This document shows, one piece after another, positions 12,688-26,170 of a stretch of 64,000 nt of DNA. Made by a program: the position numbers and the translations under genes. How positions within the stretch are numbered: position 1 is the stretch's first letter; each line of letters begins with the position of its first letter. Below the pieces are notes generated by a model, which worked only from the letters and a program-made list of their open reading frames with translations, did not search any database and had not been told where the DNA came from. The stretch comes from Nemertoderma westbladi. Its lineage: Eukaryota > Animalia > Xenacoelomorpha. The stretch is taken from positions 1 through 64,000 of the forward strand of contig JAUCBJ010007168.1 of assembly GCA_032718475.1 (NCBI GenBank), in the 5' to 3' direction.

Positions 12688-13914
12688 GGTGTTCGGACAC
12701 TTCCCCCCCGGACACTTCCCCCCCGGACAGTTCCCCCCCGCTCAAGTAGGACACTTCCCCCCCGGACACTTCCCCCCCGGACACTTCCCCCCCGGACACT
12801 TCCCCCCCCCAGACACTTCCCCCCCGCGGACACTTCCCCCCCGCGGACACTCCCCCCCGACTGTTCTTAACTTCGCACATTCGTATTTTTTATTTTGTAA
12901 GGTAAACAGACCGCTTGTATCCAGATAAGTTGTATCCAATTTTCCTTTCGTAGCTCAGAAAGTAATCTTTTGCATCCCGATTTTACATTTTATATCCAAG
13001 TTTTATTTATGGGTTTTATCAATGCAATTACATCGTATTGTTTGCTAATCTTTAAACAATTAATTATATTAGATGACCTATAAATTCCATCCCCCGAATG
13101 ATATACTGTTTTTATTAACTATAGAATTATAATAATTAATTGTTTTAATTATAGGTATTATTATGTAATAGTCTTCTTCAAATTGTAGCAGATGGGGATG
13201 AATATTATTGTTGCAATCAAAATTATACCTCTCCAGGGTAAAATCGACATGCGTCGACCTGTATTCTGTGTTCAGCATTACATATTGATATACATATTAC
13301 TACTATACATACTATATAGATATTATACACACTACATATTAAATTTCCTGGTTACTTGAAATATTTTTAATAGGATTTTGTTGAATTATATAATATTGTA
13401 GTAATTTATATATTAAATTGGTTAACATTCAATACAGCTCCTACTTTAGGCTTAGTCAATTTATTATCTGATGATACAAACATGAATTAATTATTTCAAA
13501 GTGGTCTTAAGTCTTTCACCACGGGCACTCAGAGAAATGCCGGGGTCTGGGGGCGATAAAAAAAAAAGAAGCGGGGGTTTGGGGGCGGTAGCCCCCAACA
13601 AAAGAAGTGGGGGTTTGGGGGCGGCAGCCCCCAATTAAAAGAATTTAAAAGAATTAAAGGAATTAAAAGAAAAACAAACAAAATTTGACTATAAAAATGT
13701 TTCTTTTATAATTTTGAAAAAACTTGTCTAGATACAACTTGTCCTGTAACCATCTTTAACTTTTGTTTATTGCTTTGATGCACCCAGATTAATTTCAACA
13801 CTTTAACTGGGGGGGAAGTGTCCGGGGGGCAAGTGTCCGGGGGGGAAGTGTGCGGGGGGGAAGTGTCCTACTTTGGCGGGGGGGAAGTGCCCTGGGGGGA
13901 AGTGTCCTAGATCC
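12688..13914. mobile_element. Non-autonomous MULE-like element, copy 1, with TIRs built from GGACACTTCCCCCCC repeats
   Basis: GG...CC termini (GGTGTTCGGACAC / GTGTCCTAGATCC), inverted arrays of a ~15-bp unit, TSD AACCTGAT (12680-12687, 13915-13922). Nearly identical to 35984..37215. Confidence 0.8.
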
Positions 13915-14269
13915 AACCTGATATCCTGCAATTTAAGTACTCATGGCCTCCCATCTGTCAATACCAAGCATAGTGCAGGCTACAGAGCCACACTGTGATC
14001 AACATTACCTTATAAGACCGTCTTATCCGATCGCTACAAGGAAAGGCTAGAGCAACTATAATTCATTATATAATGTGAACAACAAAATATGGCATATGGG
14101 GTCTACCGCCATTCAATCTACCTTGAATGGCGTTGTTTAAAACGATAATCCCTCAAGGTCGTGGTTGTCACAACAAATAATTACGTTGAAAATAATTAGG
14201 TCTTTGGTAGATGGTATTGACAGACGGGACGGGAGACATGGTAGTATTTCAAGGTCTACCATTTATCTC

Positions 14270-14340
14270 AGCCGCTATCGGAATGATCAGAGCGCCGGAC
14301 TTCCAACCTGTAGGTGATCAGTTCGATTCCAAATGGCCGT
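14270..14340 (+). mobile_element. tRNA-like SINE head
   Basis: GCCGCTATCGGAATGATCAGAGCGCCGGACTTCCAA...GTTCGATTCC with a B box. A related head lies on the minus strand at ~12595-12652. Confidence 0.45.
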
Positions 14341-15356
14341 CAATGGCAATACCGACTTTGCTAAGAACATGTGTCTATACAGTGGTACGGCACGTCACAA
14401 TGCATTAGTACTTTAATACACTTGACAAAATAGAAATATAAGTAAGAAAGTGTATAATAATTTTCAAGCTAAAAAAATAATTGCATATATTCTTTACGAG
14501 AACATTTCTTTATGAGAACATTTTACTAATCTGCGTACAGGTACACTACAATTTAATTGAGGGTTTTCAACTCAACGCAATATTTTAATGTTTATACGAG
14601 CCTAATTATGTAGTATAAACTATAAATAAATTTAGAATTGTTTTGTAAGTCAGTAAAATCCCTTTACAATTAGGCTGGAGGAATAACAACAAACTCGTCA
14701 TTATTGTTGAGGAACGCCATCCCTCCACTAACTTCGGGAGTGATGTTGTGTTACCGGGGCAACGTGTTGCTTAACTGGCTGCTGGAGATGGCTGCACTGG
14801 CGGCACATGAGGCCCACTGAGTTCCTTCTTCATACCGGGAGGGTAGGGGGCTCAGCTGTTGACTGTCAGTTCGGTTCGCAAATGTTGAATGAGGGAGGGA
14901 GGCAGGGAAGTTCTTGGTTTGTTAACTAATGGTAGAGGATATGCAATTGAGTAGTTAGCAATTAATATATGAATCCTGTTTGAGCATAAAACCGTGTTCT
15001 TTTACCTGGGAGCAAAAATAATCATCTCGTTGCCCGTAAAACAATCATGACATTTCTTTGATGTAATTTTAATCATAATGTTCAATCAGGACCTTTACTA
15101 ATAATTTTTTCTCCACTTTTCGTTCTAAATACTTAGTAAACCGCCCATGTGAAGTTTCCCAGGATTGCCATTCCCAGCGAAAAGAATACACATCGGAAAG
15201 GGATTTAGACCATTCACTATCATTAGACAACTTTAGTATTTTCGACCATCTTCCCAAACAGTCTGGGAAACTTCACATTGGGGGTATTTTTGTATTCACG
15301 TGCTGCGCGAAGTCCTCTTTTTTGAGGGGGGGTGGTCTGTTGATCAGTCGGTCGGA

Positions 15357-16225
15357 TGGTGAGTGAGAAGGTGGGTGGCTGGGAAGGTGGGTGGATGGGA
15401 ATGTGGGAAGATGGGAATGTGGGAAGATGGGGATGTGGGAAGATGGATGGGAATGTGGGAAGATTGAAATGTAGAAAGATGGGAAGATGGGAATATGGAA
15501 GATGGGAATGTGGGAAGATTGGAATGTGGGAAGGTGGGTGGGAATGTGGAAAGATGGGAATGTAGGAAGATGGTGATGGGAACATAGGAATGTGGGAAGA
15601 TGGGTGGGAATGTGGGAAGATGGAAATGTAGGAAGATGGGAATGTGGGAAGATTGGAATGCGGGAAGGTGGATGGGAATGTGGGAAGATGGAAATTTAGG
15701 AAGATGGGAATGTGGGAAGATTGGAATGCGGGAAGGTGGATGGGAATGTGGGAAGATGGGAATGTGGGAAGATGGGAATGTAGGAATGTGGGAAGGTGAC
15801 TGGATAGGCATGTGTGAAGATGGGTGGGAATGTAGGTAGGTGGATGGGAATTTGGGAAGGTGGGTGGATAGAAATGTGCGAATGTGGCCATATGGTTGTT
15901 TATTGTTTTGGTTAGAAAAGACAGCATTGGTAACATGCTCCCTTCCCTCAATTGGTAGATAACAACATTGTTAATTGTTTTGGTTAGAAAAGCCCGCCTA
16001 TGTAACCTGCTCCTTTCCTTAACTTGTTGGTAACAACAGCGTTTATTGATTCCCATCCCCTTTCCCACATTACCATCCCGCACCTTCAAACATTCTCATC
16101 CAGCCACCTTCCCACATTCCCAGCCACCTTCCCACATTCCGATCCACTTTCCCACATTCCCAGCCACCTTCCCACATTCCCATTCACCTTCCCATCTTCC
16201 CACTTTCACATCCACCTTTTCACAT
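15357..16225. repeat. Purine-rich (GGGAATGTGGGAAGAT)n array with an inverted copy
   Basis: GA-rich array ~15357-15870 and complementary TTCCCACATTCC array ~16050-16225, separated by units of the 68-bp satellite motif. Confidence 0.8.
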
Positions 16226-16626
16226 TTTCAATTCAATTCAATTATGTTTAATTCCTTGTTGTAAATATAGCAAATTATTGTACAATATAGCACCCAACAC
16301 CACTTTATTTAGTCAGTAAAATATTGACAATGGGGATCGAGTGTTAGGGTGGGAATAGGTAAGGATAAGGAAACGGTAAGCTAGCTAATAGCAAAGCTAG
16401 TAAACGCTAGCTACCGGAGGTGGGGGGAGGGGAGAGGGGAGTGGGGGGGGGGGGGGATGGTTGTGTCACAATTATGTACTCAGAATTTCTCAAATTTACT
16501 TGTATAGATTTGTAGTGTTTTGCATCGCGGAGTTCATTTATTATGTGTTATAACAAACATTCAGTAGGACGTAAGTTGGATAATAAGTTGGAAGTTGATA
16601 CTTTAAATGACTGTTTATGAGGTTTA

Positions 16627-16730
16627 GGCGGGGTAGCTCAGTTGGTTGAGCGCCGGGCCTGCCATCTATTGGTTGTAGGTTCAGCCCCGCCAGGGTCCAC
16701 TCAGCCTTTCAACCACTGGGGTCGATAAAA
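16627..16730 (+). mobile_element. tRNA-derived SINE with Meta/Sauria-like core, truncated
   Basis: A box TAGCTCAGTTGG, degenerate B box GGTTCAGCCCC, then GGGTCCACTCAGCCTTTCAACC...GGGGTCGATAAAAT. The core family assignment is from memory. Confidence 0.6.
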
Positions 16731-16924
16731 TTTTTGAAAAAGTTGATTTAGATTTTTTGTTGCGCAAATCACACGGGACAGTATTCCAGATGAGACGGAC
16801 GGGCCTTGGAAACACATGGATCTTTGGGAGGAGGTTAGACGAAGTAGCGGTAAATACAAATTGCCTAATGAGGAAGAACGGGTGGAGTAATTAATGATGT
16901 TGACTGATGAAGTTTTAGTAAATA

Positions 16925-17944
16925 ACTAGCAAGCCAGGCGCGCTTCGCGCGCTACACAAACATACATACACATATACACGATTTGAGCTTTAGATATAGA
17001 AGTATCTGAGGAAATTTCCCTCAGGTTTAGAATAGCCAATGAGCAGCTTTGTGTAAGATATACTACAGTACTGGCACTCCCTCCATAGACTAAACGAACG
17101 GATGAAGTGGTGGACATTCACCGGGGGTAACAATGTGTATGGAGTGGTGGACATTCACCAGGGGTAACAATGTGTATGGAGTGGTGGACATTCACCAGGG
17201 GTAACAATGTGTATGGAGTGGTGGACATTCACCAGGGGTAACAATGTGTATGGAGTGGTGGACATTCACCAGGGGTAACAATGTGTATGGAGTGGTGGAC
17301 ATTCACCAGGGGTAACAATGTGTATGGAGTGGTGGACATTCACCAGGGGTAACAATGTGTATGGAGTGGTGGACATTCACCAGGGGTAACAATGTGTATG
17401 GAGTGGTGGACATTCACAGAGGGGTAACAATGTGTATGGAGTGGTGGACATTCACCAGGGGTAACAATGTGTATGGAGTGGTGGACATTCACCAGGGGTA
17501 ACAATGTGTATGGAGTGGTGGACATTCACAGAGGGGTAACAATGTGTATGGAGTGGTGGACATTCACCAGGGGTAACAATGTGTATGGAGGATAGAAATC
17601 TCTATAAAATTATGAACGTCTGATCGTAATTATGAACGTAAAATAAAATATTGAGGGTCGTTAGCTGGTTATATTATATTAATGTGTATGAAGTGGTGGA
17701 CATTCACCAGCGGTAACGGTATCACTAGCTAAAGACCCTCAATATTTTATTTTATTTCTATCTCCAATAGACTGACTATACATTCTTATTCTTAGCTGGT
17801 TAATAATATTTGTTGTTGATGTAAATTGTCATGGGGTGTTGCTTTGCTTTACACTTGGGTCTGCCTACAACCATTAAAAGCCAATTATTACGGCATAACA
17901 CATAGCCGCATAGCCATAACGCTTCGCGCACCTGGCTTGCTAGT
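16925..17944. mobile_element. Helentron/HINE-like non-autonomous element containing a 37-bp minisatellite
   Basis: Ends ACTAGCAAGCCAGG / CCTGGCTTGCTAGT, each next to a GCGCTTCGCGC-type hairpin. No TSD seen. Confidence 0.6.
17104..17590. repeat. 37-bp minisatellite (~13 copies)
   Basis: Unit GGAGTGGTGGACATTCACCAGGGGTAACAATGTGTAT; period 37 (17141, 17178). Confidence 0.95.
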
Positions 17945-17989
17945 AGTTAGCAAGTCGTTAGACTTGATTACTGTAAGAATTGACAGGGG

Positions 17990-19238
17990 AATACTTACTG
18001 TAAAAATCTCAGGATATATAGCACTGACTGACTGACTGACTGATAATTATCCAGGTTCAGGCACTTCCTGCCTGGCGATTTTGATGAAATTTCGCAAGTA
18101 CATTGCTTTCGTGGTTCATAATCGCGTTACAAAATTTCAGATCGATTCTATGTGTGGTATTCCATATATTTAGTTTTTTGACATTATTTTGTCGGGAAAT
18201 TAAAAGCTATGGTAAAATAACAGGTTCATGATGAAATATAGCTTAATAATGCCAGAATCAGTGTTATACACAGTCATAGTGAAACGTGTTGGTTGCCAAG
18301 TTTTACTAGTAGGCTATAAGGAAAGGCAAGATTATTGTACTTAGTACACCCATACTGTTTGTTTAGGCCCTACCACTCTTTGGCAAAGCAAACATTAACT
18401 GGTTGGTTTAGTTTGTGGTTCTAAACAGGCTTAGTATAAATCAATGAGGCTGCCAACTGGTTGGTTTAGTTGGCAATCTATTACCGCCTCAGCTGAATAA
18501 CTCTTCCCAATGCATCCTATGGAAAATCTACAAGTTACTCACTTCTTCTAATTTACTGCTGAATGACTGTTAGGTACACAGTGGGTTGGCTACATTAATG
18601 CGACGCCAACATTAATACTGTGGAGACTGCATGTTTATAAAAGTGTATGTTTAATCAGCCACATAATATGATTCTCCATAGGCTAACATTATAGTTTGAA
18701 TAGTTTACTCTACTGTGCCATTCAAGAGAATGGATTTGAGCAATTGCCAAATTACAGAGTGGGATCTCTCTCTGACCATAGGTAAAAAACACTTCCCTTC
18801 TGACCATAGGTAAACATTGTTGATGGAATTTACATTTGATTCATAACTTCCTACTTGCTTAATGGCGTCTTGACGCCATCTCTAGTTAGGAGCCCGCTCG
18901 ACAGCAGGATACTTACTGTAAAAATCTCAGGTTATATAACACTGACTGACTAATAATAATCCTGGTTAAGGCACTTCGTGCCTGGCAATTTTGACGAAAT
19001 TTTGCAATTATACATTGCTTTGGTGGTTCATAATCGCGTTACAAAATTTCAGATCGATTCTATGTGTGGTATTCGATATATTTCGTTTTTTGACATTATT
19101 TTGTCGCGAAATTAAAAGCAATGGTAAAATAATAGCTGGTGTTCACGATGAAATATGGCTTGATATGTCAGAGTTATACACAGTCATAGTAAAACGTGTT
19201 GGTTGCCAAGTTTTACTAGTAGGCTATAAGGAAAGGCA
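17990..19238 (+). repeat. Two diverged copies of a ~330-bp interspersed repeat (17990-18328, 18908-19238)
   Basis: Both run ATACTTACTGTAAAAATCTCAGG...(GACT)n...GGCTATAAGGAAAGGCAA; Helitron-like internal signature. Confidence 0.7.
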
Positions 19239-19799
19239 ATGTTTACTCACAAATAAGCTGTTGGTTTCTAATATATTACGCCATAAGCTGATTGCTCTCC
19301 CAGTGCTTCCTAAGGGTAGATCTACAACGCAATAATTTTTATTGTCCATTTTTATCCTTTTTTTGTCAATTTTTTTTGATTTTTTATGTCATCCAAAAGT
19401 CTAATGTTAGGTTCCATGCTACCGGTTTCTCTACTGCTGTTCTCTCAGGCTATCAGTACCGGTTAGTATATATATAGCACTATTTTGCTGTATTGTATGT
19501 ACAGATGTAGGTATAAAGCAGGTATTTCTGTATTTTAGTACCGGTACCGGCACTGGTACTGCTATAGGCCTACTGTGTAGCCTACCATTTAAATACGGTA
19601 ATGGTAGGCCTAGGGCCTACCGGTTGTGCTAATAAATTTTAAATAATTGATAGGCGAAACTGGATTGCAGGATTGTGGAAAATGTGGATATACCTTTCAC
19701 ATAATTTAGGCCTTACTGTATTAGTTTTATAATCAATAATGGATCATGACTACGTCTGAGTAGTGTTACGGATAGCGGCTCCACTACTTCCAACAGCAC

Positions 19800-20385
19800 A
19801 GAAGGCCCGCCTCTGTAACCTGCCCCTTTCCCTCAATTAGTTAAATGATCGTTTATTGTTTTGGTTAGAAAATCCCGTCCCTGTAACCTGCTCCTTTCCC
19901 TCAATTAGTTAAATGATCGTTTATTGTTTTGGTTAGAAAATCCCGTCTCTGTAACCTGCTCCTTTCCCTGATTTGGTAAAGTGACTGTTTATTGTTTTGG
20001 TTAGAAAATCCCGCCTCTGTAACCTGCTCCTTTCCCTCAATTAGTTTAAGTGATCGTTTATTGTTTTGGTTAGGAAATCCCGCCTCTGTAACCTGCTCCT
20101 TTCCCTCAATTGGTAATGTTATCGTTTATTGTTTTGGTTAGAAAATCCCGCCTCTGTAACCTGCTCCTTTCTCTCAATTGGTAATGTTATCGTTTATTGT
20201 TTTGGTTAGAAAATCCCGTCTCTGTAACCTGCTCCTTTCCCTCAATTAGTTAAATGATCGTTTATTGTTTTGGTTAGAAAATCCCGTCTCTGTAACCTGC
20301 TCCTTTCCCTGATTTGGTAAAGTGACTGTTTATTGTTTTGGTTAGAAAACTCGGCCTTAACCTGCTCCTTTCCATCAATTGGTAA
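19800..20385. repeat. 68-bp tandem satellite (~8.5 copies)
   Basis: Unit GTTTATTGTTTTGGTTAGAAAATCCCGYCTCTGTAACCTGCTCCTTTCCC...; period 68 (19851, 19919). Confidence 0.9.
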
Positions 20386-20859
20386 TTGTTATTGGCTATA
20401 AAATGAGTGTTTTGCTACGTCATGTGGTAATCGATTATCGACAACAACCACAAACTATTAAATATAGAGTCTTTTTACCACAGGCGCATATGGAAATCTA
20501 TCTCATAGTCTATAAATCATGGAATCATGGAATGTTTTGGCACAGGCATAGTGAAATCAACTGTCTGACAGTCCAGAAATCAGCAGTCTGACAGTTTGAA
20601 GAAATACATACATAAAAAGTGACAATAAAAGTCATTAAATGGACAACAAAAGTCATTATGCATAATTCGTAAAAAAAACGTGACAAAAAAAGTCAAATAA
20701 ATTGACATAAAAAATCACTGCCGATCTACAATAAGGAAACTAAATGTATTATTTGGCTCTAATCGTTGTTTTTTATCTGGTTGTGCATCATGGGCATTTG
20801 TTATAAATATTCGGTAATGTTATATCTTGTAAAGGTGTTGTCGCGTTTCGACAACTGAT

Positions 20860-21365
20860 ATTAGCGATAGAGACGCGTTTCGGCAACTCATAGTCGCGTT
20901 TCGGCAACTCATAGTTGCAATTCAGCAACTCATAGTTGCATTTCGGCAACTGTTAACAGGATGCGCGCGCATAGGCAAACTGATAGATGCGTTTCGGCAA
21001 CTCATAGTTTCGTTTCGGCATCTCATAGTTGCATTTCGGCAACTGTTAACAGGATGCGCATAGGCAAACTGATAGATGCGTTTCGGCAACTCATAGTTTC
21101 GTTTCGGCATCTCATAGTTGCATTTCGGCAACTGTTAACAGGATGCTCATAGGCAAACTGATAGATGCGTTTCGGCAACTCATAGTTTCGTTTCGGCATC
21201 TCATAGTTGCATTTCGGCAACTGTTAACAGGATGCGCATAGGCAAACTGATAGATGCGTTTCGGCAACTCATAGTTTCGTTTCGGCATCTTATAGATAGT
21301 TGTATTTCGGCAACTGTTAACAGGATGCGCATAGGCAAACTGATAGATGCGTTTCGGCAACTCGT
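20860..21365. repeat. 89-bp tandem repeat built from TTTCGGCAAC subunits
   Basis: Period 89 (21031, 21120); about five copies plus degenerate ~21-bp subunits. Confidence 0.9.
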
Positions 21366-23639
21366 AAACAAAGGACAACTGGATACTGTATAGAGTCTAC
21401 AGTATAGAGATAGGTGGAATCTCAACGTCACCATCGCATTGTATCAACATATAGGGTAGAGCAAATCAGTATTATTTATTACCTTTGCCTCATTACGTTT
21501 CCCATTATTCATTTTCATTCTACATTATTTTACCCACGCCTACTCCAACACTAACTTCGAGTTTTATAGAAACTGATGTTATTAATTCCATATATTGTCT
21601 ACATATTATTCGATATTATTATAAATCGATTAATTCAACCTGATATTATAATTCAATCTGATATTAATTCACACAGTACTGTTTATCTATTCCCCTTTTC
21701 AGTTTTGGTTTTTCATATCGCGTTCGACTCAGTTGTAGATAGAGTCATTTTATTTAGAATCCGACATATCTCAGGATCAGTTTGAGCCCAAAATGGAGAG
21801 CGTACAATGATTAGTGTATCCTTATCCTGCTTCCACATGATAGAGTTAGGTACTGTACATACTTTCTCAACAGTTACAATATTTAAAGCTAGTTCTGTAC
21901 ATAGAAGTTGTTTCTTTACCGTTAGTTCTGTAAATAATGTTACTTTCTTTCCCTACCGTATATGCCCTAGAGCGGTAGAACAGGGAGAGCAAAAATATAG
22001 AAAAAAATATCTTATTTTTGTAAAATAATAACAATCGAAAGATCTGTTTTAATTTTCCAACACAGAAATGCAAAAGTAATTCGAAATTATATGTCAAAAC
22101 CATGGTATAAAAAATTTCTACATTTCAGCACAATCTATCTCTCCAATACCACCTGTAACTCGAAAAGTAAGATAAGATATGGATAAACTAGTTTCAGATT
22201 CAGATGCGGGATCAAATTTGACACTAGAATCGGTAAAGAAAAAATTCAAGTTTTTGTAACTTGGTGGAGCCAAGACTTGGTGTAACTTGGTGGAACTTGC
22301 CCTACAGTATGCAATGTTGCCACCATACAAGTTTGTTGTCTCTAACAGTTGTAGTACAATGCATGCATGCACAGTCGCACAGGTAAATAATCAGACTGAC
22401 TTTTAGTTTCCCCCTTGCAGGCTTAATTCCTCATAAAAAATATATTAAAATAAGACAAAGAAGACCACCTAAACCTTAGTACAAATACCCCAAAGCTAAA
22501 TTCATATTTGTTGTATTACTTTTTTTTACGTTCTTCGAAAAAATATTTAATTGTCTGCTGTGTACTTTACTTTATAGCCCTATAAAATCTGGATTTCGGA
22601 CGCATTAGTGCTCACTGTTTAGGGTAGACTTGTGTAGATACAAAAATATTGAAACGTTTTATACTGTAGATTATATTTTTATTAGGATTATACATTGTAA
22701 TTATACTGTATTTAAATTACATACAATATGCAATGTGTTATTGTAAACCGGTTTATGGGCAATTGGTACTGATTTTAATACTACTAATACACAAAATATA
22801 GCCATGCTATGTTCGACATAGCATAGCTATAAATGCTAAGATACAAAGCTGTTGCTATGTTCCAGCCTAAATAACCGAACATATCAGAACCAGTCTACCT
22901 AATTACAACTATTTTGAATGTCCAGAATTTATATTATTTTAATTTTGATATTATGCTATGATAAATGCTATATATAGCATAATTTATGATGCTATGCTGT
23001 CAAATTAATGCTATGGTTAACTAAAATACCATAATTAGGACTAAATACATTGTGACTAACCTTTTAACTGCAATTATGGGGGTCTGGTATTGGTAGATTG
23101 GTAGGTTTTGCGTATAGCCAATATGCTACATTGTGCTATGTATAGCATAATCGATCATGCAATACCGCAAATATGTTGTTATGACTCATATTAGGCTCAA
23201 CTGAGCTGCTGAGGTTTGGGAGCAATGTTGTGAATAATATGGCTCGAATAGACAACAACTGGGGCTAATTTAAACTGAATAACGGTATGTGTCAAAATTG
23301 ACACCCACGGCCTTCCTAGGGGTATTCAATGTCTTGCCTTTCTAGTGTTAACCATTTTCGAAATTTTTAAATATTTCATTTGAACCCCATTGGCTGTAGA
23401 CTGCCGCCTAAATTGAAATTACTGTAATTTGCATAAATTATGTAATTTAAATTCCCTCAAACCAATAGGAATCCCTTCAAGCAATATTAAATTAACTTTT
23501 CTAGACCAGTTTTCCTGCCCAACACTAATACCGTAGGCCCCTATGAACTCCATTTTTCCGTCCCAATAGTTATAAGAAAGTTATAAGAATTCAGAGTATG
23601 AATAGTAGCGCAAGTGCAACAGGAAAAATCATCGTATTA

Positions 23640-26170
23640 AATTGAACCAGACGTTTCGATATATTACTTATATAATTTTCAATGGAATATATGTAAAACA
23701 AAATACAAATTATTCTAAATACTAAAGTACACTAGACCGGTACACGGTATAACAAGTAAGCTGAATTAGTAAATATAGAGGTAGGTACATTACAATATAC
23801 ACCAGCAGTACAAATAGAACCATACAAAAATATAACAGGCTAGACGTAGAGTAAAACTCTATTTAGACAAAACCTACAGTATGAATCTACAATACAGGAA
23901 TTATTCTAAAACAAATAAAGTGGAAAAGATGTATCCTGTATGTTAAGTGTCGGTCTGGTTTCTGTTATTAACAGACTCTCTTTGATTAGTAAGTGAAGTC
24001 AGATGCAGCTCTACCTATTGGTTTAAAGTCAGTGTAGCAGAATGGTTGATCCGTTTCTATAGAGTGATCGCAGGACCGCGGAATGTGATTGGGGTTTGAC
24101 AGGTTTCTCTGTCCGGACCGACTTGGCCAAGTGCTCATACACTCTCACCTTAAAGTGGCGTTTTGACTTACCAATGTAGGTAGCGGAACAGCTACCGCAC
24201 GTGAATTTATAAAGGGTGAGTGAGCGTAATGACACTGGCAGTCGGTCTTTAAAAGAAAACATGTCAGACAACCTACAATCAGGCTTAAAATGAATTTAAA
24301 ATCGCACTGTGAAAGGCACTTGTTAAAATTTTTAATCGCTTTTGAAGTAAAGTAGAAGTGGCTCCTAAGAAGGGTAGGACTACGTATACTGGTTTTTTAC
24401 TTACTGTGTATGTACTACAGACGGTTTGGGACGAACAAGTTTAACAATTAGTTTATCTGTCAGCCATGATAATAGTTCTCGAGGGTACCCATTTTTAGCT
24501 AATAATTCGTGTAATTGTCCTAAGTCACTGTTAAATTTTGTCCAAGATGAGCAGATCATAAAGGTACGATGTAACAAGGTGACTACTAATCCTATTTTAA
24601 ATTTGAGCGGTGTAAATGAATCAAATTTTGAGTATAAACCTGTGCACGTAGGCTTCCGGTAAACGGAGGTTGAGAGGCCTGAACAAGTTTTAGTTATAAG
24701 AATATCTAAAAAAGGCAATGTCCCATTGCTTTCAAGTTCCGAGGTAAATTCCAAGCAACGATGTTGTGTATTTAAAAATTGCAAAAATAGATCGGCTTGG
24801 CTGCGTTCTTTAAATAATAAGAAAATGTCATCCACATATCTTCGGTACAGAATTGGTTTTATACTTGAAGGACAATTTTCAAGCCAACGTTCCTCGTGGT
24901 GACTAAGAAAAATGTTAGCTAGGAGAGGACCAAGAGGGCTACCCATAGCTACGTCTACCTGTTTATATTTGACCCCATTAAAAATAAATTCAGATTCCTT
25001 AATGGCTAGTTTTAGTAGGCTCTTAAACTGCTTACGGTTTAGACCATCGACCTTGTCTGTGTTACGGAACAAATGAGTAAGAATAATGACGATAGTCTCG
25101 TCCAGTGGAATATTAGTAAACAGCGATTTGATATCGAAGCTTACCATGTACATGGTATTGTCATTTGGAATGTCAGTTATTTCCCTCACAAAGGAGAATG
25201 TGTCTCTTACAGTATATTTGTTTTTGTTAGTACCCAGTGACCCTAACCTTTTTAACAAAAATTTTGCCAGATTATAACCAGGCGTGCCGATGGCGGATAA
25301 GATTGGGCGAATGGGGCAATCCTTTTTATGCACCTTCGGTAGGCCATATAAAATCCCTGGATGTGTTCCTACTGGCAGAAGAGTTTCGAGTTCCTTGTTT
25401 GAAATGTCCCAAGTTTTATGTAAACCTTTGAGGAGTTTCTTAAAACGTTCCTCTAACCGAATTGCTTCCCCAACCCACTTTTCTGGACAGTCGGATACAC
25501 GTTTAAATTTACTTTTATCGTTTAAAATTCCTAGTACCTTATCTATGTATGTGGTCCTGTTTAAAATTACTACACCATTTCCTTTATCAGGTTTTAGGAT
25601 TAGTATGGACTTATCTTCTACTACTGATTTCCGTGCCAAAAGTTCCTGTTTAGTAAGGTTGGGCTGTCGTTTGTCTGAGTTATAGCTGTAAAAGGAGGTG
25701 AACGCTGTATCCCGAATGCGATTCTTCACCAGATCCCGTGGGATTCCGCCGTTGGTTGGGAGATTGCGCAGTATGCGGTACAGTTTTTCGAAAGGTAACA
25801 TAAAGTCTGCAAACCGTAAACTTCGAGGTTCAGTAGCAAATCGAAGCCCCCTGGATAGTAAAGACTTCTCAGTTGCCGTTAACGTCCTAGATGAGTAGTT
25901 GAAGATTACTGAGTCCGGGTTTATCGAGTTTAAACTGTGTTCTCTAGTAAGGTTTCGGAGTTTCTTTGCATGTATTACATCGTGCCGAGAACAGCGACGA
26001 GTAATATCTCGTTCACATTCTCGTGTAACAAACATGTAATCCAGATAGGATAAGACAGATTGGAGGCCATCTCGCCGTTTAATCAAAGAGCGTTCAAGGC
26101 GACTAATCTGCAACCGTTTGCCTGCGATCTCTGCTTCCAGGAGTTTGCGTTGATGGGTGCGATAGTCATA
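23640..26170 (-). mobile_element. Penelope-like retroelement (RT + GIY-YIG endonuclease), frameshifted
   Basis: ORF 24401..26113 has KPDKGNGVV, LYGLPKVHK, PIRPI, SFDIKSLFTNIP, AMGSPL, YRRYVDD, PFLDI and VYRKPT. ORF 24029..24271 has the GIY-YIG segment YKFTCGSCSATYIGKSKR. Confidence 0.92.

Noticed and set aside
12556-12939. Collagen-like or GHFPP-repeat ORFs
   Set aside because: Derived from the 15-bp TIR repeats of the MULE-like element.
14690-15060. GC-rich island with GAGGGAGGGAGG resembling a DIRS/Ngaro terminus
   Set aside because: No partner repeat or coding remnant in the window to support it.
15223-16264. Pro/His/Ser-rich ORFs
   Set aside because: Derived from the GGGAAT/GGGAAGAT simple repeat.
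17104-17590. 37-bp repeat array of CRISPR-like unit length
   Set aside because: Units are contiguous with no unique spacers, there are no cas genes, and the context is eukaryotic; it is a minisatellite.
20922-21434. Cys-rich repeated ORFs
   Set aside because: Translations of the 89-bp tandem repeat.
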